Both the position numbers and the translations under genes were made by a program. The notes under the pieces were generated by a model. That model saw only the letters and a list, made by a program, of their open reading frames with translations. It was not told where the DNA came from and searched no databases. DNA of 63,112 nt, counting the filler, from Moniliella sp. 'wahieum' (lineage: Eukaryota), in the NCBI GenBank assembly GCA_003971905.1. It is 4 parts of 4 records of this genome, joined end to end, with 100 filler letters (N's around TTAATTAATTAA, not from the genome) between each part and the next. Parts side by side here need not be neighbours in the genome. Positions count along the whole stretch, not along the records: positions 17,170 to 33,925 come from RSEE01000211.1; positions 34,026 to 51,825 come from RSEE01000213.1; 2 more parts are not named here. One strand, given 5' to 3'. Of the stretch, positions 22,503-34,590 are shown piece after piece; positions within the stretch are counted from its first letter, which is position 1, and the number at the start of each line of letters is the position of its first letter.

Positions 22503-24982
22503 CTAAAAACAAAGGCAGTTCGCTAACAGAGTCATGCGACGAAGACTGGGAATGGGTACGGGAGTGGGTATGGGAATGGGTACGGGAGTGGGTATGGGAA
22601 TGGGTATGGGAATGGGAACGGGTATGGGATTGAGAAGGGGTATGGGAACGGGAACGGGAACGGGAACGGGAACGGGAACGGGAACGGGAACGGGAACGGG
22701 AACGGGAACGGGAACGGGAACGGGAACGGGTATGGGATTGGGAAGGGGAAATGGAGGAGGGAGCGCTGTTGAGTTTGGTTGTTGAGGGCGGCAGATCCAG
22801 CAGCTTATTCTCCTTCTTAACTTTGTCTTCTTGACCGTCTGCTTCATCTCTTGCGTCTTGTTTCTTCTCCTTCTTTCTTGTATCTCTTGGTCGGTCTGCT
22901 GCTCCTGCCGCGTCACCCCTTCGTGTTTCTCCTGCTGTTGGTGCTTGCCTTGCTGGGGTTCCCGCTGCTGTCCCTGCTGCTGCGGCGTGTCTTCTTGGGG
23001 GTCGTGCTGCTGTCCCTGCTGCTCGTTCGCGCGGTGGTAATAACACAGCACCTCGCCCCGCTCGAGCAGCGCATGGTACTGCGTCGCATTCCCCACCGCC
23101 GAGGGCGGCACGAACTGGCTTCCTTGCAGGTGCCGGGCGAGAGTGAGCTGCGGGAAAGCACACCGGCCAGCGGGGACCGCGGCTGCTGGCCCAGTAGCAG
23201 AAAACTACCGCCTTGGCTGGCGGGAGCAGCGCGGTACGCGACCAGTTTGGTCCGTGACGCGGCAATGTGCGTAATCTGCCCGTATTGGCCCTCACCCGTG
23301 CCGTTGTCGTCGTCGTCGCCGTTGGTGGCGGTGACGACTGTGCTCTGGTTGCGCTGGACACGCAGCGTGGGCAGCGCGGTCCAGCACGGCACGATGTACG
23401 AAGGCACCGAGGGTGTGCGCACGTCCTTGACGCTCAGCTGGAACAAGCGTCCGGCTGAGGTGAGCGCGACGACAAACGTGCCCCCGCCGGCCACTTGTAC
23501 GACCACTTCCTCGTTTTGTTTGTCCTCCTCGGCCGCTGCGGGTCGTCCCGGTTGTGCGCCGGCGTCGGAGGACGCAGAGTCGGCCTGGGCATCGTCCCGA
23601 GCCAGATCGGGGATCGGAGGCAGTCGGTACGCTTGCTCTGCCGTCAACGAGGAGCCTGGGCAGCAGGTATCCGGAACGGGCTAGATGCGCCAAGAGACGG
23701 AGAAAGAATGAACGAATCGAGACGGAAGAAGGAGAGAAAGAGAGTGAGTGAGTGAGTGAGTGAGGGTGTGTGTGACGAGAGGTTAGCAAGCCCTATTCCC
23801 CACACCAACCAATACTCGAGATAATCATGCCACTACGCTGCACGTTGCACTAAGGAGAGAAACGACGGAAGAAGACGTACACTGAGCACCAGACTTGTCC
23901 TCGGTCCACTCGGGGCGCCAAAACCATATTTGGCGCTCCACGTGTCGTGCTCGAAGGGTGGATCGGGAGACGGAGACAGAGACGGGGCCGAGGTGCGGAC
24001 CGCGACGAGGGAGGCCAAAGTCGTACCCGGCCTCAATCTGCAGGATCCGGCGCGCCGGAGGCGGAGGCGGCGGAGGAGAGACGGAAGGAGGAGAAGGAGG
24101 AGGAGAAGGAGACGCCGAGGGAGAAGACGAAAGAGAAGGAGAAATAGAAGGAAAAATAGTGGACGTAGCAAAAAGCGGGGGGGACCAGGAGAATGCAGAG
24201 GAGGAGGATGGCGTGACTGGCAGCGGGGAAGAGGGCGGGGGGCGCTGATGTGGGACTGTGTGCAAGGTGCCGGCAGCGTGGGGCAGCACGGTGGGATTCC
24301 ACCGGCCACGCCATTGGACAATGTGCTGGTGGCCGTCGGCGGTGTGGACGAGGGCCAAGAGGAAGGTGTTTCCGGCGGCGATCTGGTGGGCAGTGGCGCG
24401 GCCAGCTCGGTGTGGATCGGCAGGGGTCGGCTCGGCCAGCTGGGAGGGGAAGGCCAAGAGGGTAGGATAGCGAAGCCAAGCGGGGGGCGAGGAACAGAGG
24501 GCAGAGGACAGGGCGCCGATAGCGAGAATGTGGCCCGAGGAGGTGAGAAGGGCTTTGAAGGTGTTGTGCTCGACGGTGGCCGTGGGTGCTCCGAGGGGGG
24601 GGCGCGGGGGGGGAGGAGCGTGGCGGGGATGGAGAGGCAAAGCGGAAACCCTGGGGGCCCATGCTCAACACGACTGGGGCCGTCGCGCGGAGCGGCGGCG
24701 TGGGCTGTAGGAGCGGCGTGGGCGTAACAGAGGAGACGGGATGGAGGAGGGGGGGAGGGGGAGGAGGGGGAGGAGGAGAAAGAGGAGCCAGAACGGAGAG
24801 GCACAGGCGGGAGCAGCACAAACGGATGGCGCGCCTGGGCGGGATCGAGCGCGATGGGCGGGCGGTAGTAGCAGAGCAACGCGTGGGGCGCGTCGAGCGC
24901 GGCACGGGTGGCGCGGGCACGCCGGCGGGGGGGGGCGGGCCGGCGAGCGGGCGGCGAGGGTGGGCAGCGCGGCGCTGGACAT
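22503..24982 (-). CDS. RCC1/BLIP-II repeat protein, similar to SCF-associated factor Saf1; spliced and frameshifted
   Basis: RCC1-type blades: ALLTSSGHIL, QIAAGNTFLLAL, ILQIEAGYDF, VVQVAGGGTFVVALTSAGRLF, GQITHIAAS, QYHALLERGEVL; pyrimidine-rich intron near 23680-23880; termini uncertain. Confidence 0.6.
22644..22727. repeat. (GGGAAC)x14 microsatellite flanked by GGGAAT/GGGTAT variants
   Basis: Direct count in the sequence. Confidence 0.92.
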
Positions 24983-26828
24983 GGTGCCCGACGCAGACAG
25001 GGCGATCGACGGCCTCCCAGACGGTGGTGGAGACGGCAAGAGCGGCGGTGTTGGTCGCGTCGCGTCGGGCAAAGGGAGATGCGATTAATGTTCGATCATC
25101 GATCATCGGCCTTTCACTCCGCGCCGGGGCGGGGGCTCGGGGCCTGTGTGTGGCTCTACGCGCCACACCCGCACGGGGGCGCAGTCCACACGCCCACCCG
25201 CGCGTGCCACAAGCCGCTGAACAAGACATCTCAGCCCAACACACGTCAGTCCTGTTAAACGTTCAGACTAGCGAGAGAGAGTGACCAAAAGGCAGATTGG
25301 GTGTGTGGCGGAGCAAATGCCCAGCTGACAGTAGAGAGTTATGACGCCCACACGCGGGGGCAGCGGCTCGCTGCTAGCTGCCCCCCACCGCCCGCTGTGC
25401 CGCCCCCGAGCCGCAGCGTTTCACTAATAGCAGCGCGGTCACTCAACCCGCCCTCCCAGGAGCTGGTCGCTCCTCTCCTGCGGCAAGACGTGCTCTGGCC
25501 TCCAGACTCGAGCCCCTTGACAAGAATCGCCCCTCTGTGCGCCTTCGTATTGTGGGGCTGTCTGCGCGCATGGTGGGGCGGTCCGCCCGCATGGGGGGCT
25601 GCCAAGCATCGTCTGTTTTTTACCAAGGCCATCTTCCCACCCACCCATCCTCGTCGGCGGTGGGCGCATGCCAGTCCAGACGGAAGAGCACTCATGGTAG
25701 ATGGCCTTTCCCTTTCAACAGGCTTACGCTCCGTCATGCTGCCGCCTTCCGCTCCAGCGCATACGGGCCAACGCCGCCGTTTGGGCCAGCAAAGCTCGGT
25801 GCACGCCTCGCAACAAGACCACCCTCTCACGCTCTTCTCACCGCCCGCCCGACGTCACCCCCTGAGGAGGGGGGAGGCCGTCATTGAAGAAGATGTTTCC
25901 CCTTCATCCTACGACCACGCCTCTTCTCCACACGAGGCTGGTGGGGCTGTTCGAACACGGCACCTCTGCCGTGCCCGTTCTTCATCGCCTCGTCCACGTT
26001 CGTTCGTGGTGGAGCTGTTGGGGCGATGCCCCAATTACGCCATCCTGCGTGATAATCATCATCCCTCTTATCCGCCCGGGCGCTCCTCAGCTCCGCGGTA
26101 CCCTCATCTATTAAGGCCCTACCCTTCTCATAGCCTCCTGTACCTCTCCTCGAACCACATCCTCCATTCCCCTCCTCCTTCAGCAGCTAGACCACGTGTT
26201 CACCCCTGTCCCACTGCGTGTTCTGTCCTCTTCGCCACCACCTCTCCTTCCCCCTTCCCCTTCTTCACCCTCACCCCGTTACTTGATTACTACTCGCAGA
26301 TCGTCTGTGGTTGAGAGACTAGGTGTCTTGCAGGTTCTCCATCGGTGTGCCCCGCCTGTCCCTCCCGCTGTGCGCTTCTGAAAGAGGACTACCTGGGAAC
26401 CATGCGCCACCATTCACTCTCAAATCCACCCATCTCTGATGGTGCGCCGACGCTGTTGGTTCGAACATTGCGCCGTCTGGAGGCGGCCTGAGCTTGGGAA
26501 GTGGTGTGACCTCATTCCTGGTGGACCAATCCAGAAGCGGACCATCTCTCCTATAAGCCTTCATTCTGGACTCCAATTCGGCGCTAACCCATCTCGGATT
26601 TGTCCAGAATTAGTGGAGCACGAACGCCATCAACATCGACCCCCCCCCCCCCCCCCCGCCGTTTGACCTTCCGTTAGATGGTTGGACGTTGCCCCGACCT
26701 CGATCTTACACCAACCCAAAAGCGCATCGCCTCCCCTGGAACGCTTGGTTCCGGTTCATGATCTGATGTATCCAATCGCCAATACGCCGACAATCGGTAG
26801 AGGCTCCGTCAACAGCGACAAATAACGT

Positions 26829-27960
26829 ATGGCGGGCATCGCTACCCGAAATCTCTTCGGTTCCATCCCCCTCCCACGTACTCTATCGATAAACCCTCGG
26901 TTGCGTGTTTGTGGTTCCCTAGCGACCGGGATAATTTGCATTGCGAACAGGATCGATCCTCCGTTTTGGAACTCGGACCAGCTCATCCCGCCATGTGTGC
27001 TCTGTTCGAAGCACCGTGATCTTCCAGTCCGACGAGATGGAGATCGTGACGGGGGGCATGCGCCTGTAGTCGCTCCAATCATCGGCACGGTTGAAGCGGC
27101 TGTCGGTAGGACTGATGACATGCTCCTCCATCAGTGCAGAAAGGCGGCAAGGACGGGGAGAACACGGAGGGTGATGATGAGGGTCGCGCCGCTGACATGG
27201 GGCGATGCAGTGCACGGTGGTACGGCAGTGCGAGCCACATGTCCTGCACCGCTCACGCACATTCTCTGTTCCGACCTGGTGTATTTCCCCGAGTTGCTCG
27301 CCCCGGTCTTGCGCACGTTGCTGCACCTGACGTCTCCTCCTGATCCCACTTCGTCATCTTCCCCTTCTTCCCCTTCGTCGTCCCCTATAGTAATCCTGGC
27401 ATACCGCATATACGCTCAGTCGAGAAGGAACAGCCGTTCTGGCAAGCGCTCGGCGCATGATTCGACTTGGCTCCGGTCCAAGCGCGTCGCGTCCCTGTTG
27501 CCTCTGCTTCGTCTTTGGCCTCCGCTGCTCCTGGCTCCGCTGGCCTCTCCCCCTCGCGCCCGCGCCCGCACCCATACCCACACCCACACAAGACGTCCCT
27601 ACGTCCGCTTCGTCCCACCCTGCCAATCCGTACGCATGGCAGCGCTTTGGCGCGTGGCAGTCCGACTTGGGCCCTGCTACTCCCACCTCCACTTCCACTT
27701 CCACCTGCACCAGCAGTTTTACAAGCGTTCCGCTGCCGATGGACGAGAGCCGGACGATGAGTACTTTGTATTAGTGCGCGTCGTCGGGCGGATAGCTTGG
27801 GCCTGTGCGCGCCGGAGGAGGATAGTGCGTTGCTCGGTGGCTGGCGTGTCGCGCCAGGCGGTGCGGACGCGGACGGCCCGGCGAGCACGAGCAAGCCCCA
27901 GGTGGACGATACGTTTGAATGGTTGTTGTTGGCGGACTTGGCTGGTTTGGCTGAGTAGGT
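26829..27960 (+). CDS. Protein methyltransferase, family 16 (METTL21/EFM-like), C-terminal core; 5' part unresolved (may start near 25670)
   Basis: VLELG at about 26963 (alternative frame), APLTWGD, HILCSDLVYFPELLAPVLRTLLHL, VILAYR then IRSVEKEQPFWQALGA after a frameshift. Confidence 0.72.
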
Positions 27961-28000
27961 AGCTGGGAGCCAGCAGCTGGGCGCAAGACGGGAGCAAGCA

Positions 28001-28061
28001 GGAGGAAGGAGGAAGGAGGAAGGAGGAAGGAGGAAGAAGGAAGGAGGAAGGAGGAAGGAGG
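28001..28061. repeat. (GGAGGAA)n heptamer microsatellite
   Basis: ggaggaa repeated about 8 times with variants. Confidence 0.85.
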
Positions 28062-29479
28062 AGCAAGTAGGAAGGAGCTGGATGGGATACGAGGCGAATC
28101 TGCGCATGGGACGGGGACTGGACCGGTCGTCCTGGGATGTTCGGTCGGGAGGGAGGGGGAGGGTCGAGGGTAAGTGCCCCCCAGACACGGACCCGGACGG
28201 TTGGTTGGTTCGGCCGGCGGAACTAGCAACAACCACCAAGCTCGTCGACCAGGTACAGCGTAGGGTGTGGTGCGCGCCCCCGAGCCACAGCCCCCGACCC
28301 ACGGCCCACGGCCCCACTGCCATCCACCCAACCCTCCATCCATTCATCCAAACCCAACTACATCTGTGTACGTCTTCTGAATGGGAGCATAGCTCTTGTG
28401 GGAGCGATGTAGAGAATGATACGACTTACCACCTCCATTCCCAGTTAGCTGCACATCAATCCAACTAACCCAAAAAAAACCGAAAAAAACGGGTTACAAA
28501 GGAATCGATCACGCGAAGATCTCCCTTAAGGTTTTGGGAAATCAGACGACCGCTCGGTTTGAGCGGCTTTGCGTGTCTGAGGTAATACTACGTGACCTGA
28601 CAGGGTAGAAAACATGCGTATTCTAGAGGGATAAGATATTGTCCACTATACCAGTCTCTCTCCAAGATGTGTGCTGTTCGTCCGCATCGGCTTGGGCGAA
28701 TCGAGCGTAGGCTTTTCTCACCCTCGATAACTCTAAAGGCCCACATTGGGCGCCCCGTCGAGGTTAGCAGGGCCAATGCACATACTGAATGTGCTGGCCG
28801 GAACCACCGCTTGGCACACAAGGGGGTAGCGCTGGAGGGCAAAAGGGGGGCAGGCGGCTACAGGCCAAACCGGGACTGATGCCAACCAGCCGGTGCACGT
28901 GCACGGGTTTTACCATACTCGGGTTGGGAATTGGTCGGCAGCCACACTATCAACGTTTAATGGACGAACGCCATATCTCCAGTATGGTTGGTGCTGCATC
29001 CAAGTGGTATTAACACGGAGGAAGAGTGACACGGACTGCGGCGGACCCGAGATGGTGCGACCCAAGCTAAGGCCCGCCTGCTTTGTAATACCAGTAGAGC
29101 GTGCTCCGCCGGCCAACCAGTGTTGGTGAGATATGGTCAGTGGCTAAATTAAGCACCGTGGCTCGAAGGGCCATGCATCCGCGCGGCAATAGTCGCCCCC
29201 CGCGCAAGTCCACAAGTCGGCTGGCCTACAGTGTCGCTGCGACAACTGTCGCCCCGTCCCCGTTTCCTTTTTCCTTCCCGGCGCGCCTGCGGCAACCAAC
29301 CCCTCCTTGGACGTGTCTTCCTTTCTACCCCCCCCCCCCTTGTATCCGTTTTCCTTGATTTGCCTGTACAAGTGGTTGATGGGAATCCTTTTTTCTCCAC
29401 CTTGCATCCTCGCCATCCCTCTCGTCCAAGCTCTCGGCCCTTCCCGACTATCCTGTCCGACTTCTGCCCGTTTTCAGCC

Positions 29480-29790
29480 CCTTGATACAGTACAGGCAGC
29501 CTACTCTTGTTAGAGTCCGACTTTCCTCTGACCTCGTCCTCCAGCAATACGGCAGTCCAGTCGCGCGAGCCCTCCTTTGGCCGCGTCAATTTCCAGTCTC
29601 AGTTGAGGCAGTGTTTGTCCCCCTCTGCCTCCTCCCGTCCCTAAGTCCGGAGGCTTCAGACACGTTACTACGGCCCAAGCCGGTGCAGACGCAGCCTTGC
29701 CACACCAGCAGCCGCCCCAAAGGCCTCTCTCGTCCCTAGCTCCGCTCGGATTCACCACAACCAGCCCAAGCCCTAACTACCGTGAGTCGG
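29480..29790. repeat. Dispersed repeat, copy 1 (second copy at about 42540-42940)
   Basis: Identical 41-mer at 29647-29687 and 42791-42831, plus similar flanks (ctcgtcc.tagctccgctc, agcccaagccc, ctcgtcctcca). Confidence 0.8.
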
Positions 29791-31799
29791 AGACCTACCG
29801 CCGCTTAAGGTATTGTACCCCAAAAACCAGGGCGGGCCCCGGGCGGCGCCCGCCCGTGACAGCCAGATGCTGCCGAAAGAACAAAAATGGATGGCAAGGG
29901 CCTCTTGCGCCTCGAGTGAGTCTGAGCGAGTCGCCCCCGAGAGGGTGGTCCCATGGGCTCTGGAGGACTTCTAACGGCTGACGCCTTCCGAGGGGGGCGT
30001 GAGATGCTCGTTCGAGATACCAGAGAGACGAAGTGCGTTGGTCCCAGGCTCCAGATGCTGTCGATAGAACAAAAGTGGATGGCAAGGCCCTGTTAGAGGG
30101 ATGAAGGGCGCCGCATCTCGAACCCTGAAATGATTGATGCGACGATTGGCTCGCCGTGCTTGCCGATCGGGTGGGCTGTCGAACCCCCCTACTCGAGCTG
30201 TACGGGAGTGAATCATCAGCCTCGCTTCTATTCGCCCATCCCTAAGCATTGTTCCCCTCCCGCTCCTCTCGGCCCCTGCCGGTGGCACTGGGCGATACGC
30301 CCCTGGTGTCATGCCCTTGTGCATGCAACGGGTGGTGCAGTCATTGCGGCGGCAATCGTTGGAGTGGCCCCAGTCCCTGGAATTGTGTCGTTCGGGTTGT
30401 CCGGCAAGAATCAGTGCCCCACGAGCGCGTGTGTGCCGCGGGCCGTAATGAAGAGATGCAAGCCGGCAGGTATACCACCCCGTCAATCTGATGCGCTTAA
30501 TGGCCCATTTCAATAATGTTTGACTCAAGTGGATCTACGCTGTCTGCTCGTACTTGCTTGTACGTTACGTGCAGCTTAGTGCACATATGAGTGCATCTTC
30601 TTGGGGGAACATCGTGCTGGCACTACATCCCGGGAGACCCAATCATGTCCTTCATTCCTTGCGGCCCGGCATATATCGCAGCGATCCCACCACACCGCCG
30701 CCTCTGAACCCCGCCGCCAAAGGAACATCATCGCCCCCAAACGGCGTGTTTGAAGACTGCAATGTTGGGGGACTGCTGGTTCTGCTATTCTTCCAGTGCG
30801 GCGGCGCTGCTTCATGAGGCCTGGTACTGTTTGGTACAGTTCCGTACACTGTCATGTCCTAAAGATGTGGCGCGATGTTGCACCGTTACCAACGATAGAT
30901 TAGGTGCCGATATGGACGGTTTATCTGCAACACTCGGTGGCACATTCGTTTTCGACGAAGCTTGCTGGCTCCCATTGTGATGATGGTACGTTGCCCCCGC
31001 TTCTTGTACTCTTGGTGGTGCGAGTTGCTGACGACCGACGTAGACCGAACACAGTACCACCGATAATTGGGACGAACGTGCTTGCTTAAAGAAACTGGCT
31101 GTATCAATGTCTCTTATCCACAGCATGCCACGCGTACGCGGTGAACGTGCAGGCACTGCTCCGCTTGATGCCGCCTTCGCAGGCAAGTGCGCGCACTGCT
31201 CTCCCTGATGTTGTACGGAAGGCCCGGGTTGGGCTTTGGGCAGCAAGGGAAGTGCGAAACCAGTGTCCGACGCGCTCCACGCGCCTGCGCTTCAGCAACG
31301 GCGCGTCAGGCCTGCGTGGAAGCGCCCTGTCCCTGGCCAACACGGCGGGTGCCTTGAAACCGTCAGCAGTGCTCCCTGCTGCAGTGCATGTCTACAGGGT
31401 TGCTACGACGGCCACGGACACAATCCGAGCAGCCCCGCAAGCAACCGCAAGCGGCCGCCTCTACGCGATTCCGCCGCGGGGCTAACGTTCAACGTGCGTT
31501 TGCCGCCGTGTGGCGCGCAGAAGTTCCTCCACATTGGCCGCGGCCACACCTCCCAAGCCCCCCTCCCCCATTCTGGCCTCGCTACATTTGGGACCACTTT
31601 GCTTCTCCACCACCAACACGCTGGGATTCTGCTACACTCCATGTCCTTGCTGTATAGCCGGTGCGTGCTCACAGGGGGGCACGCCCTCGGCTCCGCTTTT
31701 TGCTGCCCATCATTGTCGGTGCGTGCAGTACCCGAATTGGCATCGGAGCGCGGCTGCGTTACCGAGGTCGACACGATGCGCAGTGGTGGGATGCAAATC

Positions 31800-33925
31800 A
31801 GGCGGCCCACCCAGGGGTAGCGCAACTCGATGGCGGTGATGCCTGTACGGTCACACCCTTCTGCTGGAACCTCTCCCACCAACTCAAGTTGCTGACTTTT
31901 CCCATTAGTGGATGCAACTTGAGACGCATTGTGCGGCACTCAAGAGCTTAACTCGTCGCGTCCACGTCAGCGACGTGGGTGAGCGCCTCCACGGGTTCCC
32001 TGCGGTTTTCTTCGTACGTTCCTCCTCCGAAACAGCCGGTCGGCAAGGAATGCATGAGGACCATACCCTACCCGACTGTTGTTCCCTTCATCTACGCCCT
32101 AGAGCGAGGGGAACGAGGCGATGGTGCGTAGTGGGATGTCGATCCGGCCCCGGGGAGGATGTGGATCAGGTGCAGGGCAGGAGGGCACCTGGCGGTGGCA
32201 AGAGACGCGATCCGAGCGATGCGTCTTGGCCGCTGCGCCGCGCTCGTCGCTCGCAATGCGTTCGTCTGGATGATGGAGACGCTTTCCGTCGCCCGATGAT
32301 AGTTGCACGATTGAAATGTGCGGTGATGAGGTGACCGCGTGACGGGTGAGCGCTCCTGGCGCGCTCCTGAGCCCAACAAGCGGCTGACCCCCCTGACGCG
32401 GTCAAGTTGAACGTATTCCTTCTCCACTTTCCACCACCCACCTTCTCATCCACCTTGCCCGCCGCCTGGAAGCTGTGATGAATCACGTGGACAGTCGTGA
32501 TGCGCGTGCCCGAGGGCGATGGGAACTTGCATAACACCAGCAGCTCAGGCGCGAACGCGCTACGCCAGGCAGTCGGTGTCGGCTGTGCTCAGCGCAATCT
32601 AGCGGCCGAAGCGGACAACCGATTCAGGTCCATTCGAGTGGTGGAGTGTGCTACATCTTTGCAGCCGCGCAGCACGATGATGCGCCGTCGATGCAAACAC
32701 GCCGCGGGTTGCTTGGGAATTGCTTATCTAGATCATCTCGACGATCGTGATGCGTTTAACCCGCTTGCTCCTTCCGAAGGCGGACTTGCAGGGAGGCTCC
32801 TCGGTCGACGTTTGCGCCTCCCGAAGGACCGATCCTGAGGTGGCCTGGCCACCAGTTATCGATGATTTGGTGGTGCCCACCGCCCGGTAAAAGCAGGCAC
32901 CCTAGGCGGTCAGCTCGTACGCTGCGTCCCCGGGACTCGGTGGTGGGGTTGAGCTACAGGCGACTCTGTGCCCTCGTTGCACGAGTTGCGCTACAGCACC
33001 GCCTGCCTTGTTGTGGCGGGCTCTGCAGCCAAACCCTCGGCATCATCTGCCCCGTTCAATGAGGACGGAGGATCTGGCGGGCCGGCTCCACCAGATTGAC
33101 AAACAGCTCTGGCGTGAGGTGAAGGCAATCCGGGGGGGGGGGCGGAACCAAGAGTGATGCGGACGGTCAGAAGTGGGACAAAGCCCTTTTGTCCTTGCCA
33201 GCCGTACGGGTGGCTTAGGCTTTCGGGTACCAACATTGATGGTATTCCGGTTGCTTCTATTCGCAAGCACTGGTAAAACGGGGTTGAATATGGTGCCTTC
33301 CAGTACACTGGGGCCGCTGGCACCCTGATGCGACTGAGCTCATATCGCACCTGTCCCCGCGGTGGTGCTGCGGCCAAGATGGGGTTGACGCTTCCATCAA
33401 GGCACCCTGTGAGGTAGTGGGGCATCTCGTCAGTCCGCTTGTGGTGCCTGTTCGGATACGACAAGCATATCGCACCGCCCCCTTCCTTTCAGCCATACGG
33501 CCACGCCGAAGTGCGAGACGTTATAATGCAGTTTCCCTCTTTTCTTCCCCACGTTGGCACTGCTACTACACCCACTCGTTGTGCTTCATGTACAAAACCA
33601 CCCAACCCTTGCTCTCCAGTGATGCACTGACCAGCGCGCTAAACAGATACCAATACGCTAGGCTCAGGAGAATAGCAGATGGAATAAGCAAGCAAGTGAT
33701 CGCCTCCCTATACTCAGAGGCATTTCCTCCGCCGCAGATCAAACCCTCCTTCAGGCAATGACAAGCTTGAATGGTGGGGCAGGTTGGCCAGGACCCCGGT
33801 CTACGATGACCGGGGGCGTGGGTGATGATAACACCCGGCAGGCCTTACAAGATAGGGAGGAGCATTATAAAGAGTGGATCGAATCTTGGCCAGCTTCTGC
33901 CACGACCTGGTTCGATGAAGAAGGG
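31800..33925 (+). mobile_element. Decayed non-LTR retrotransposon of the CRE clade (Cnl1/MoTeR-like)
   Basis: Ordered degenerate RT motifs: SAPG...SG* (32349-32387, cf. SAPGxSGW), DNRFRSIRVVE (~32614-32646, cf. DGGxRPIAVGE), LDDRDAFN (32737-32760, cf. LDxxNAFN), ggtaaaagcaggcaccctaggc (~32886, cf. GVxQGDPLG), DGIPVAS (~33238, cf. LGxPIGS), TLPSR (~33388, cf. LPxRxGG); boundaries uncertain. Confidence 0.5.
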
Positions 33926-34025
33926 NNNNNNNNNNNNNNNNNNNNNNNNNNNNNNNNNNNNNNNNNNNNTTAATTAATTAANNNNNNNNNNNNNNNNNNN
34001 NNNNNNNNNNNNNNNNNNNNNNNNN
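33926..34025. other. Artificial contig linker
   Basis: N44-TTAATTAATTAA-N44. Confidence 0.97.
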
Positions 34026-34048
34026 CCTAACCCTAACCCTAACCCTAA
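34026..34048. repeat. Telomeric repeat (CCCTAA)n, chromosome end of contig 3
   Basis: CCTAACCCTAACCCTAACCCTAA at contig start. Confidence 0.93.
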
Positions 34049-34590
34049 AACCCCGCGAACTAAACACCCCACTGCAATCGAAGATTCTGCCATTGCACCC
34101 CACCAAGTGTCGGTACGCTACGTAGCCGTACGTCGTGCTGGCCCACGATCAGTACTCAGTCCCGTGTATAGCAACTATGATGATGCGAAGCGAGGGGGAG
34201 ATGCAAGATGCACTCTTCCTCGATAGGTTCTAATTCTAAAACGGACCGAACCCATTAACCCCGTGACGAACCCGCAAGCTACAGAGCTACAGACAGACCG
34301 ACAGTGCCGTGCCGTTCGTTCCCAGCCGGGGTGGGCGAGCGAGAAGAGGGCAGAGACATAAGCAAAAAGTGCATTTGCATGGGATTGAAGAAAGGAAAGG
34401 AAAGGGAACAGAACGGAAAAGAGAGGAAAAGAAAAGAAAGAAAAGGAAAGGAAAGCAAGGAGGAAGGAAAGGAAAGGAAAGGAAACCAGATCGATATGGG
34501 GACGGAGATGGGAGATGGGGATGGAGATGGGGATCAGGATCGGGGTTAGGGGGGGTTGGTGGGTCAGCATAGTAGGGAGGGGACGGATGG

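Noticed and set aside
34026..34048. Interstitial telomere or chromosome fusion
   Set aside because: The repeat directly follows an artificial linker and is simply the start of a new contig
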